Part shown: one piece after another, positions 26,226 to 37,949 of the stretch
How positions within the stretch are numbered: the stretch's first letter is position 1
How the letters are laid out: every line of letters begins with the position of its first letter
DNA from: Perna viridis
Lineage: Eukaryota
Assembly: GCA_037379345.1 (NCBI GenBank)
Contig: CM074519.1
Coordinates: forward strand, 40,530,851-40,594,850
Length of the DNA: 64,000 bases
Direction: 5' to 3'
Made by a program: the position numbers and the translations under genes
The notes under the pieces: generated by a model
Told to the model about the DNA's origin: nothing
What the model saw: only the letters and a program-made list of their open reading frames with translations
Database searches by the model: none

Positions 26226-27617
26226 CTGGAACAAATATTAAACTTTAATGTCACACTCTAAAAATTTTCCATCATAGCTTTATCACTAAATAGTCTTATT
26301 TGAGAGTCATATTAACAAAAATTATATAAAAAAAATTTCTATTGGCACTAATGTTATTTAATTGAATCATTTGAAACCTACCATAAATATGTGTAAAAGT
26401 ACAAATTTCAATTTTGTTAACGGACATACAGACATTATCATGTATCATAAAATTCTTTGTAATAAACACCTAGTTATACCTTATCAATTACAACATAAGT
26501 TCAACCATGTAGTAAACAAAGAGAAAAACATTCAAGCAAAGGAATAAATGACATTTTTGTCACTAATGATGTTATAATGTAAAAAAAAAAGTCATTCACA
26601 AAAATTACAGGAATATGTCAAATCAGTATGCAGTGACTTATATATCAATTTCCTACAAAATAATTAATCACAGATAATCAACTTCTTACAAAATTGGGTA
26701 TAAAAATGTATTCAATCTAAACTCATTTTTTAGGTAGAATAGGATTAAAGAACTTATTATTGCTAATTACAAATTACAGGTAACGACTAAATAATTAAAG
26801 GTAGTTATTTACCTGAAATTACCTGATTACCTGATTAAACAAATTAAAAACAATACCTTCAGAATTAAACAGAAGACTACTCCGACGAAATATATTTGAC
26901 ATCTTCAATTACAAAACATTTAACTGCCAATCTAGTCCTGTATACAAATTATATGTTCCTTGTCTATATCTTGGCTCAAAATATGTACATTGATACGTAG
27001 TTACTGCACAGTAAATAGATAGCTCCTGATGATGGCTAAATACCACTGGTTTAGAAATTCGTAGGACATGCCGATGAAATACATCAAACACAGCTAATAG
27101 ACAAAACTTGTAGGAAGTGTATTTGTTTATTTTGAAGAAAATTCACTTATTTCAAATTGTTTCAAATTGTTAATTAAACAGACTTGGGAAAGAGGAAGAA
27201 ATTAAAATTGTAACGAAGCCAGGACACTTGAAATGTAATTAAGATGCACATTAGAGACAGTGCATTAACCATTTTGTTCTTCGTTTCTCTGCCAAAAACA
27301 TGCATTTTACTCCATCTGTTTATAAAGAAATTTATCTCTTTTATGAATGATCTGTCTCGCAATTTCCTTTCTCTTGTAACAATTTGCCAATAATAAGTTC
27401 AGAAATTGTAAAAGCTCCCCATGTACTCTCCTTTTTATAATTGTCCTGACTAATTTTAATTTGGTTAATACTTTCTCCAATCATTGTATTTAAACAAAAA
27501 CTTGCCTGACATATGTGAGCATTATGGTTAGTAGATTAGTAAAGAAAAACAAACCCCAAAATAAAACAGTTTTTATATGAGTTCTAAAATATTGCTTCTT
27601 AAAAATAAACCAATATA

Positions 27618-27918
27618 AAAGAGTAATCAAGGGAACCAAGGTTATAGCGGTAATCAAAGAGTAATCAAGGGAACCAAGGTTATAGCGGTAATCAAAGAGT
27701 AATCAAGGGACCAAGGTTATAGCGGTAATCAAAGAGTAATCAAGGGACCAAGGTTATAGCGGTAATCAAAGAGTAATCAAGGGACCAAGGTTATAGCGGT
27801 AATCAAAGAGTAATCAAGGGAACCAAGGTTATAGCAGTAATCAAAGAGTAATCAAGGGAACCAAGGTTATAGCGGTAATCAAAGAGTAATCAAGGGAACC
27901 AAGGTTATAGCGGTAATC
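27618..27918. repeat. 37/38-bp minisatellite, 8 copies, at the retroelement terminus
   Basis: Unit aaagagtaatcaaggga(a)ccaaggttatagcggtaatc. Confidence 0.97.
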
Positions 27919-28101
27919 AAAAGAATGTAATCCAGGGACAAAGACCAGACATGGAAAACAGACATACACAACAAAGAACATAAAGTAACTAAAATCATAC
28001 ATACAAAGTAACAAAAGCAAATGAGCAACTCAGATTCCACTTAAAACTGGGAGTTACCCATAGAAAGTCAAGTCTGAAGTAGATGAAAGAGGAAAGGAAA
28101 A
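27881..28101 (-). mobile_element. 3' untranslated end of the same retroelement
   Basis: Follows the TAG at 28102-28104 and matches dispersed copies at 301, 14380 and 41388 (aaatgagcaactc...ccact..aaactggga). Confidence 0.7.
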
Positions 28102-28290
28102 CTATGACACGTTGAACAAATCAGTTTTCATGGCGCAGATGGATACACCGTAGCAATCCACAAGTTCATGATGACGACCATAAAACTTCTGTAGTGATGA
28201 CTTCAATCTTATAGCAACATAACCCTGTTTCAGAAGCCTATTTGTTAGAATTCTAGCGTGATACAAAAAGTCTGCATAGTTTCGGCAAAA
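28102..28290 (-). mobile_element. 5'-truncated Penelope-like retroelement: C-terminal RT (thumb) coding remnant
   Basis: Open 62-codon frame FCRNYADFLYHARILTNRLLKQGYVAIRLKSSLQKFYGRHHELVDCYGVSICAMKTDLFNVS* with the C-x-x-x-x-x-F...L-x-x-x-L-x-x-Q-G-Y pattern of PLE RT thumbs; recognised by eye, not by search. Confidence 0.7.
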
Positions 28291-31200
28291 ACTGAAACAA
28301 GAAAATATCTAAATCTATAATTTCTTTCCAAATATCAATGCATAGGGTGAATATGGCATATAGTACATGTTCTAGCAAAATACTAAAACTAAGTCTAGTC
28401 TATTTGCATCATAAACTATCAACAAAAGAAAAAACCTGCAAATAGGATAAACCAATACTGTCCTCCCATCGACCTCTAAACCACCAAGAAAGAAAGATGT
28501 TAACCAGGCAAATACAAACTATTCTGAGGGCCACCAACATGTTGGTGCAGGGTTACCTTTATCAGCTGAGCACACTTTCAGAATAATTTACCTATCACCA
28601 CTCCTATAGGGTTAATTACCAACCAATTTTACTGATTAACAGCTTGACATTACAGAGATAGACATTCTGATAAATTTTCACAAATTCTTGGCACCTATAT
28701 TTATCACTTTGATGAAGAACCTATCAAAACTAGCAGTAGTGTTTACAATTGGTGAACTTTGGCAGATAGTTTTATTATTTTGCAGTAAATTCCATCAAGT
28801 TTTGTGAAGTAGTAAAGAGACTTCATTCATCCATACCATCTCTGGGAGATAATGGAGTTCATACAGTGGTTGTGTACTTTTGTTTACAGTAGTCAGGAGA
28901 AACCATAACATTGACCAACAAGTCACATCTTGATTTGTCTGTGGTTGACACTGAAGGAGCCCATTACTCAATAAAGAATAGCTATTACTGATTCACAATG
29001 CATAAAAACCAACAGAAATAGGCCTATATATTTTGACACCACAATCTACCAAGAAAAATTTGAGAGATATTTTAACATACATAACTTTTCCACAGATACT
29101 ATTTAGATTTTGAGATTTATACTCTGTCTAGAAATCTTTGCCAGTTTTTGCTTTGCTTTTTTTTCAGACATTTCAGAAATAAAGTAGCCCCCATTACTGC
29201 TATAATAAACATGTTAGGTAGCTTCATGCTGAGGTATTTCCTGTTAGTGAACTCTGGAATTTTCTTGTTTTTCTCAGAGTGTTGCTGCTTTTATGATCAT
29301 GCTTGTAATTTATGATTAAAGGGAGGCATGTTCAAATTTGCTTTACAAAATTTTATTTTAAAAACGATATACAATGTATAAATGAAGGTATAAGAAACAT
29401 ACCTGTACTATCATACATCCTACAACTGTAGATAGCTACACTTTACTGATCAGCAGGTCATTTATGACCTTGCATGACCATGAAGATTTGGCAGACACAG
29501 CCTATAGATATTTTACCATTGTTTTATGACCAGAGTTATGCCAACTTCAACAGTGGCTAATTACCAGGATGCAATTAATGTCTGATCTTTTAACATGCTT
29601 AATTATGACACCCATAGGTTTCCATACATTAAGGAAAAAGCCTCACAGTGCTTAATACAATAGGAAATTCTTGATATTATTTGAGTCAAGGCTAAGTGAA
29701 TTACCAGTGATAGCTTAGAAATCAGAAAAAAAATGTGTGTAAAATCACAACCTGAACAGTACAATAAATTTATGTTACTTATTTCTATAGTTGTCCTTAC
29801 AATGATTCATTTAAAAGAACACATATTGATATCTAAAAACTGTTAAACCATTTGGAATTGTAATGGAAATTCCATCCATAACTATACAAGTACTATCTTT
29901 AAAAAAAGATAGCCAATGCAGTAAAATTTGTCTTTTTTTCACTTACAGTTTTCTACTTTTTATTCAGGAAATAACACATGGTATGCAATTTCAATATACA
30001 GTTTTTTCGAACACCACTAAGTTATCAGTATTTGGCCAATCAGGCAACAAAATTGTCATCAGGTGACTTACATTTCCATGAAAGAGCATCATTAAGGTCG
30101 CAGGGTAAAAAGCAAAACTATGTCGACTGCGTCAGAAAAAGAAATGGAAAGACGCAAGCCAGTTCTAAGTTATTCCATCTTTTGTCAAGGTCATTTGTCA
30201 AGGTCATTTGTCAAAAAAACTGAAACTGTAAGATTGGTGCAACATGGTCCCAGTCAAAGTTGTAACTCTTTTAAGAAACTCAATAAGGAAACTATTGTTT
30301 TTCTTTTTTCATTTTCCTAACCAAAAAAGTGACAAGATATACTTGCAATTTAGATAATTCACTTATTGTAGAATTTCAACAATATTTTCTCCATATTATA
30401 TTTATAGATCATATGCACTAAAATAACAGTAATAATTTTCTCCTTTGGCAGCAACTAGCAGGGAGAATAAACGATACTTCAACTATTTAAGTGAATTTTA
30501 AATGTGAATATACAGGGAAAATAAGGTTCAGAAACAATTGTTCCTTCCAATAAATGACGTCATTGGCAACAAAAGTTTGGCAGTATCTTCTGTCTGAATA
30601 TTTGTCATGGAAATATGAATTGTTACAACAAAAACAAGGTGGGAAAGACATTTACTGACAGAATAGGAAGAGAAATCTTCTTGGTAACTGTATCAATCAG
30701 ATCAAACTCACTCTAATGATTCTTAGCTTTCAGGAATGTGTTTAGAGGACATGAAATGCATAGATAACCATGATTTAATGTGAAACTGATAGAATATATA
30801 TAGTTAACAACCATGATTTGCTAACAACTGTCGGTAATTCATCAATCAACACTTTTAACAGAAATCGGTCACTACATCATTTTTTTTTCTTTTTACATGC
30901 AGAAATCATTGAAGGTGTTGTCTCGATACTTCAAATAAGAGGTTATAATTCAACCTAAACTCTAACATTTAGCAAAGAAAGCAGAAAAAACATCCTTCGC
31001 ATTCACTTCACTTCCCACGCAAAGATAAGGTATGGAAATCAACAAATAGAAAGATTAAATATAACCTATGTTGTCTACAATAATCTCCACGTCTCGGTGA
31101 CAGAATACATGTAACATCTCAGTAATTACTGCGTAGATAGTATATAATTACTTCTTTATCAGTTAAATATGATTACATCTTGACTTAATTACCAGTAATT

Positions 31201-31418
31201 ATGATTGAATCATGACTTTTCATTTTCTTTTTATTTTATTACATATCATTAGTAAGACAATTCAAGGAGTCTGAAGGGCTAGAATAGTTGGGCATATTTT
31301 CAGGGACATTGAACTTTAACTTAAAATCAGATCAAGAATTAACATCTAAATTGATTTTCTTTGTAAAGATCAGCCCTGACTCAACTCAAACTCAGCTGAC
31401 TATATAATCTGGACCTTA

Positions 31419-31634
31419 GACATAATGCCACCTAAGCTATATCACTGACCTTTACCTCTGACATAATGCCACCTAAGCTATATCACTGACCTTTACCTCT
31501 GACATAATGCCACCTAAGCTATATCACTGACCTTTACCTCTGACATAATGCCACCTAAGCTATATCACTGACCTTTACCTCTGACATAATGCCACCTAAG
31601 CTATATCACTGACCTTTACCTCTGACATAATGCC
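31419..31634. repeat. 41-bp minisatellite, 5.3 identical copies
   Basis: Unit gacataatgccacctaagctatatcactgacctttacctct. Confidence 0.97.
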
Positions 31635-32577
31635 TTCAATGTGAACTTCTTCTCAACATACATATGGTTGGCATGTTATACACTTACATTACCAATTTTG
31701 AAAGAATTTTGCTTATCAACAAACAAATTCTCTAGAAAATTGACAGATATTTTAATTTTCTGTTTTGTTTTTACCAAAAAATCTTATTTTCAGAAATCAC
31801 TATTAAGCTAAAACATTTCTTATCTTAAAACATCCTCTTCTCATTCTATGAGAATTTTGAAATGAGCATTGGCTGCAAAAATTGGTTTATCTTCTCCACT
31901 GAAAACTTCAGGTTAGAAAACATAAATGCATTATTTAATGTATTGATAAATGTCTGTTTAGAAAATTGAATCTGTCTTTAGAAACATTAAGTACCATTAA
32001 AACCTTCCTTCATTACATAATTAACATGGATAATAGTCATTACTTTATCTTACTGAACTTGACATGGATATTTTGTTTATTTTATTCCACTACGATGAAG
32101 TAAACAAGAAATTGTTACATAATTCTCTACTTAAAAAATCAATTGACGTTTTGTGAAGAAAGTTTCGTTTTTACATAAAAAAGAATAAACATTTTATTTC
32201 TTACAAAAATGATGTGTAATTTTCTACTTAGGCTTCTACATGCTGAATTAGTGCACTTAACAAGATGAAATAGTTTACATTTAATGCTTAGTTTACTGCC
32301 TTTTTAGATTTTACATTTTCTCACTAATGAATGAGATGTTTAAATTTCTATCCATGTAAAATTTCTTTTTCTTACTTTTGACACAGATATTTTAATTTTC
32401 TAGCCATGTTAGATTTCTATTTCTCCCTTTTGAGAAAAGGATATTCACAGGTGAGATAAAACATGCAACATTTGTGACGTCACAATAAAATGCTTCATGA
32501 CGTTAATTCAAGGGAGTTAGGGCATGCAGGACTTTCTGAAGTTACTTACTAATACATGTAATAAAATCAATTTGATG

Positions 32578-32744
32578 GTGAGAATCAACCATTGCCAGAA
32601 AATGCAAGACTATGAAATCGCAGACATCTTAGGGTAAGATTTCAATGTTCTCTAACTCAACACAGCCTCATTAGAAAACTTGCAATCTTACCCTAAGGTG
32701 TCTGATTTCATGGTCTTGCACTCTCAGGGAAGTTTGATTCTTAC
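32578..32744. repeat. Long imperfect inverted repeat (foldback), about 75-bp arms, 15-nt loop
   Basis: Left arm tgcaagactatgaaatc..agacatcttagggtaagatt pairs with right arm aatcttaccctaaggtgtct.gatttcatggtcttgca. Confidence 0.85.
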
Positions 32745-32971
32745 TATCTCTTCTATGGTTAATGTCATATTGAAACCTTTTATGACGACGTGTTAGTAGG
32801 TAGGATTAGAAGCAAGCAGGGCATTCTTAAATGAAATATGTAGGATTAGAAGCAAGCAGGGTGTTCTCAAATGGAATACTTTTCACAACAATAATTATAG
32901 AATGCAATCTACGACTTCACCAACAAATCAATGGTAACAACTGTTACAAAACACCACCACAAACAATCATG

Positions 32972-33159
32972 AGGCCAAACAAAATAATATGTCTGTTTCC
33001 TGCTACTCTACCTACCCTAAACATTTTATGGACATTTTGGCTCAAGCACTGTTTAAGTCTCGATTGTCTCCCCATTAACTCAAGAAAATAATTTCCCTAC
33101 CTACCTATCATATTTTTTCCTTGCTAGTAGCAGGAAGCAAGACTATCATTTTTTTGGCC
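32972..33159. mobile_element. MITE-like element, GGCCAAAAA-terminated family, copy 2
   Basis: ggccaaa...tttggcc ends, internal inverted ttcctgctact/agtagcaggaa; homologous to 10599-10864. Confidence 0.7.
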
Positions 33160-33770
33160 CGATGTGGCCATCATATTATAACAAATTACAGAAAAGAAAA
33201 GTCTGTAGTCAATTAAACAAAAGTTTGTGCCAAATTATAGTTGTAATAAAGAAATTAGTTTTGTGACATCATAACTTACAAATAATTTTACACTTACTAT
33301 TGTTTTGTGAAATCAACAACTGACTTGCAATGAAAGAAAGCTTATTACAATTTAATATGCCAAAGCAAAACTGTCCAAGAATGAAGATAACTGTACAGCT
33401 TCTTCATTAAGGCAATGATATTTTATGACATGGATATAAAATAGATTAATAAAATATATAAATTCATTAGTTATTTTAGTCCAGTGGTTTTTTAATTCCA
33501 ATGACAACAGTTTGTTGTTACAAACATGAATTGTCAAAATGTTCTAATGGCAAACCATGGAGAATGCAATCTACAAAATGAAAGTATTTTGAGAATAAGT
33601 CAAAGTCTCATCCATTCTTTTGAAGTCTGAATGTTGAAATTCTTTATATAATATAAATTAATGAATTTATGGCATTGCCAACTGAAGAGCTGTACAAAAT
33701 AAGAACAAGATAATGACCACATCCCCTTTGTGAACCCCATCCAATACCACACAAAACAAGCAGCACATAC

Positions 33771-33881
33771 AAATTCTCCATCCGAACCCTGAAGATTTAG
33801 GGCTCCTTAGAGGTAAAGGACACAGGCTGCATTCACTCTCAGCTTCTTCACGTAACCCAGCTAAAGAGCTTAGATGTGAGT
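33771..33881 (-). CDS. Symmetric, probably cassette, exon (DSHLSSLAGLREEAESECSLCPLPLRSPKSSGFGWRI)
   Basis: atcgctag| acceptor, TTT|gtatgt donor; 111 nt open, phase 1 to 1; GC-rich patch in AT-rich intron. Confidence 0.65.
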
Positions 33882-34127
33882 CTAGCGATGGAATAGTTAA
33901 ATGATGATTAGTATATTTACTTAATATGAATTATGTGTAAGCATTCTAGTCTAGCATTGTCAATCATTGACTACAGAAAGTTTTCAGTAATACTATTAAG
34001 TATTTATTTCACACAACATAAAGAAATAACTTAGTTTCTTCAATCTCTGTTATAGGCTCAAACATTCATTTAAGTAAAAATTGTATTAAAATGCTACTAC
34101 AAGCAGAGGGATAACTCGATTACCAAC

Positions 34128-34556
34128 CTGAAGGTCTCCCTTGTAAATCTTTAGCCAGAGCCTCTTCCTCGTCAGACCCAGACACACTCCCATAGCCACT
34201 GCTGGCCTTTGATACATCCATCTTACCAGGGACCTGTAGCCTTTTGTCTCCTGCATCATGATTAGTTAACTCTTTCACATCAGTCACACCACCAACCAAT
34301 GATGGCTTGTTAAGCATAACATTGGCTTCTGATCTGTCACCCCATGATTGACCTTTAGTCACAGAATAGTTATCAGATTCCATGGTAACATCATGTTCTT
34401 CAATTGTCTCCCCTTCTTTATTTCTTCTCCATTTAGAACTGTACTGGCTGCGTGAGAAATAATCAGAACCTCGTGAGGTAAGTTTACGTTTTGTTTTGAT
34501 GACATCTTTCTCATAGTGATCACTGCCACCAGGTGATGTTACTTTAGATTCAATCA
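34128..34556 (-). CDS. Exon, disordered linker (VIESKVTSPGG...DLQGRPS)
   Basis: Inside ORF 34120-34590; attgtag| acceptor; phase-1 donor CAG|gttggt chosen for frame; 429 nt. Confidence 0.82.
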
Positions 34557-34891
34557 CTACAATATAAAAATGAACAAATGAACCAAACATTGCTATAAAA
34601 TGAGTATGTTTTAAAACAAATCTTTTTTGCTCAATTGGTATTATTTTCTAAAATTTGTTCTAACTATTTCACGCTTAATTCTCCAACTATATTTTTAAAG
34701 AAATTTAAATGGGCAAAAAACTCTTCTTATACAGTACATAATGAGTTAGCTCCCTTCCCATGAATAGCTAGCAATTACCAAGTTTTTTTAAGAACCTAAA
34801 GGCAGATATTTGCTCAAAAAAGAAAATTGTCATGCTTTTTCACAAATTATTCAAAATTTTCCAGATTGAAAAAAATAACAGTTGTTTATAC

Positions 34892-35152
34892 CAGTATCCT
34901 TTTCCTCTTCTTCAGCTCTGCTCGCTGACCTGCGTAGAGTTGTTTTCTCAGTCACAGTACAGTCCCCTTGGTCTTTATAGGACACACTCTGTACTGTTAT
35001 AGAGCCATCATCGTCCTCAATCACTGACAAGGAATCATTCGTAGGCGTGACAGGCGCTAATGTAAACGTTGGACGGTCCTTTTTCTTTGGTGTTAACTGT
35101 AACTCTGTTGACTGTTTTGTTGGCTTTATTTGCTCCTCTGCAGCTGCTTCTT
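34892..35152 (-). CDS. Exon, acidic/Thr-rich linker (EEAAAEEQIKPTKQ...LRRSASRAEEEEKDT)
   Basis: ttccttag| acceptor, CTG|gtataa donor; 261 nt open, phase 1 to 1. Confidence 0.85.
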
Positions 35153-36405
35153 CTAAGGAATAAAAAGATAGAAATAAGAAAAGACTGTTAGAAAAGTCTT
35201 GTCCTTATATTAAAAAAAAAACATGCATTTGTTCTTAAAATTTTCATTGCTTAATATATTGGTACAGCACATTAGTACTTTCTGTTCATTGAAATGCCTA
35301 ATTCTAAACTTAATTAAGTTTATAAGTTTTAATTGAAAATTGTCTTGCATTAACAGTCAGAAAAATTGTAATGTTTATATTATTTGTTTCATGTATCTTG
35401 TGGATGTTTCTTTTTTTTTATATTATGCTTTAAACCAAGGTGCTAAAATGAAACTGAAGTAGACTGGTACTATGTTTGCACATAGATGTTTAACTAATCT
35501 ATGGTTAAAAGCAAATGTATGCAGAAAAATGGAGTTATCTCCCTTCCACCATCAATTGTTTATCAAGAGCAGCAATATAATTATAAACTGAGACAATCTT
35601 AAAGCTTTACAGTTTTCTTTGGCACAGACAGCTGACATTGTGTCTGGTCTAAATTTATTTACTTAACAATTATCTGATAAAAGATAAGAGAAAATAATTA
35701 TCTACATGTTCACCCTATTTTCCTTTGTTGATGTTTGTGTACTAGATTTCAGTTTTTTGGCATGAATCAATATCAGTTAGTATTTGACACATATCATGTG
35801 ATTTTTAAGAATGCAACACAATAAACAGTTGTACTGAAGCACATGTTACCTCATCCATTTTTTCACTATTATAAGTCTTATAATTTGTTCACTACTGTGT
35901 GTGGATGGACATATATATAGAGAGTTGAATGAACAATTTCATAGATTGACAGACTGATTGTAGTTTTACATAAATCGTACGGCAGTTATTTCAGGATGAG
36001 AACATTTGATCAATGGAGTAGACCAGCTTCGTAATAGTGGGACATGCAGAGCCCATTTTTTTAAAATGATCTGGTGCACAGAAGCACCAGACAACATGTA
36101 GGCCTGTCTACCCATTTGCAAACATTTTTTCACTCCAAGCCAAAAGCAGTCACTCTATCTATTATTTGTCACATGCATTTTTGGAGAAGCAGTGACTTCC
36201 AATTTTATAACCTTTGGTATAATTCAGCTGGGTGTCCAACCCTTGACCAACCTACACTTGATGTCAGCATACTACCATGAAAGAACTGTGGCAGTAGGTA
36301 ATATTTCAAGTTCTTTAATGATGTAAAGGGTTTATTGATGTTTCCTACACAGCCCATTCTGTATTTTATGTTTTCTTTAAAATTAAATAATTAAACTTGT
36401 GTTAC

Positions 36406-36457
36406 CTTTTGATCTCTTTGTTCTGTTGTTGTCATTTTCATTAATCTCTGGTTTTAC
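36406..36457 (-). CDS. Small exon (VKPEINENDNNRTKRSK)
   Basis: ttttcag| acceptor, AAG|gtaac donor; 52 nt, phase 0 to 1, exactly the phase bridge required between its neighbours. Confidence 0.8.
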
Positions 36458-37035
36458 CTGAAAATTTAATAGTCTTATTCAAAGGGGGATAACTCAAATT
36501 TTACAATAGAAATAAATTGAAATTTCAGTATTCAGATGAAGCACCTATGACAATGAATAACTTTGCCCTACTACAACAAAACTCTATACAAATGTACCGT
36601 AATTAATCATCAGAAAATTCAAAATTAAAGCATTTTTCATCTTAAATTCACCAAAATGTTCATTCTTCCTAAATAAAGCACTCAGTAAGGTAAATAAACA
36701 CAATGAAAAACTGAGGAATGTAAAACAAATATTGTGAATACATATAAATTGATACCAGGAAAATAAAAGGTCAAGAATGCTACCTGTATTTCTACCACCC
36801 AACAACTTAATCCGTGCAAACAATGTCATATACTTCATCAGAACACAAGACCACTTTAAAATCATTGGATTCTCATCCCTAAGAATTATCAGGGTATCAT
36901 TTTTTTTTATTTTACAATTGGATAAAGCTTTAGGTGTTAGGTTTTGTTTTACATTAGATCCTAACCTCTTTATTCACGGAGAGGTGGATGAGAACAATTT
37001 ACTTAAAGAAGCCATAAAACTATAATGAAACTTAC

Positions 37036-37949
37036 GTCTCTTTTGTTAAAGTTAATATCCACAGAAGATGTAATGGTCGGGACAACCCGCGGTGTTTTAA
37101 TATCTATTTTCTCCTCTCCATCTACCTGTAATATTTCCAGCTCTGGAGAATCATCATTGTTATTTTCTTCCTCAGTGTCTACAGCATTTAGAATTTCCGA
37201 AAATGCAGCCTCAATATCCATGGTAGAATTCAATTTTTTAGTATCAATAACGGTCAGGCTATTTCGTCGTTTCTTTTCCAGCCAATCGCGACAAGAACTA
37301 CTGTCTGATTCAGAACCTGATTTAGAATCGTCTGATTCACGAAAATGTTTGGCACTAGAAGGAACACTCTTTCTTCTTAAAACATCCTGGTTAGTAATCT
37401 CCTGACTTTTTATTCCATTCGGTACATACTTAGAGGATTTTCCATTTGGAACATCCTTGGAATGTTCCAATAAGTCTGAGGAATATGAACTTTTTGAGTT
37501 TGAATGTACTGAGTCCTTTGAACGTTCTGAGAAGTCTGAAGATGATGAACAACTATGTGGAGAGTTTGAACGAACACTTGCCTGAACTGAATTGCTTCTT
37601 GAATTTCCAGAACTTTTCTTTCTTTGTACAGAATTCAGTGAAAATGAACGTCTTAATGGTGAAGTTGGTGAAGTTGGTGAATTGTCATGTTTTGTAGAAT
37701 GATTATCACTAAAACTTCCGACTGAATCACGAGTCACATGACTTTCACCACTGTCATGTCCATTACAATAACTGTTTTCTAACAATGGTTCTCTGATCTG
37801 ACTGTCTACGTCTTGAGACGTCTCTACAACACTGGAACACCGTACAGCACGGGGACGTGATGAGTTGTTGGACTGGCGATCAGAACTGATAATACTCTGA
37901 CTCCTAGTAAGGGCTGAAGTGGGTCCTGATCTCCCTCCTCCTTCTCTCT
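37036..37949 (-). CDS. Large exon, Ser/Arg-rich low-complexity region (EREGGGRSGP...INFNKRD)
   Basis: Inside ORF 37003-37974; ttttttttcag| acceptor, GAC|gtaagt donor; 914 nt, phase 1 to 0; GC and CpG higher than flanks. Confidence 0.88.

Noticed and set aside
30072-30180. Consensus donor AAT|gtaagt with upstream ATGs
   Set aside because: ATG frames end in phase 0 or 2, incompatible with the phase-1 acceptor at 26225; a non-coding exon cannot be excluded.
37025-37697. Plus-strand ORFs of 126 and 83 aa
   Set aside because: Antisense shadows of exon 37036-37949.
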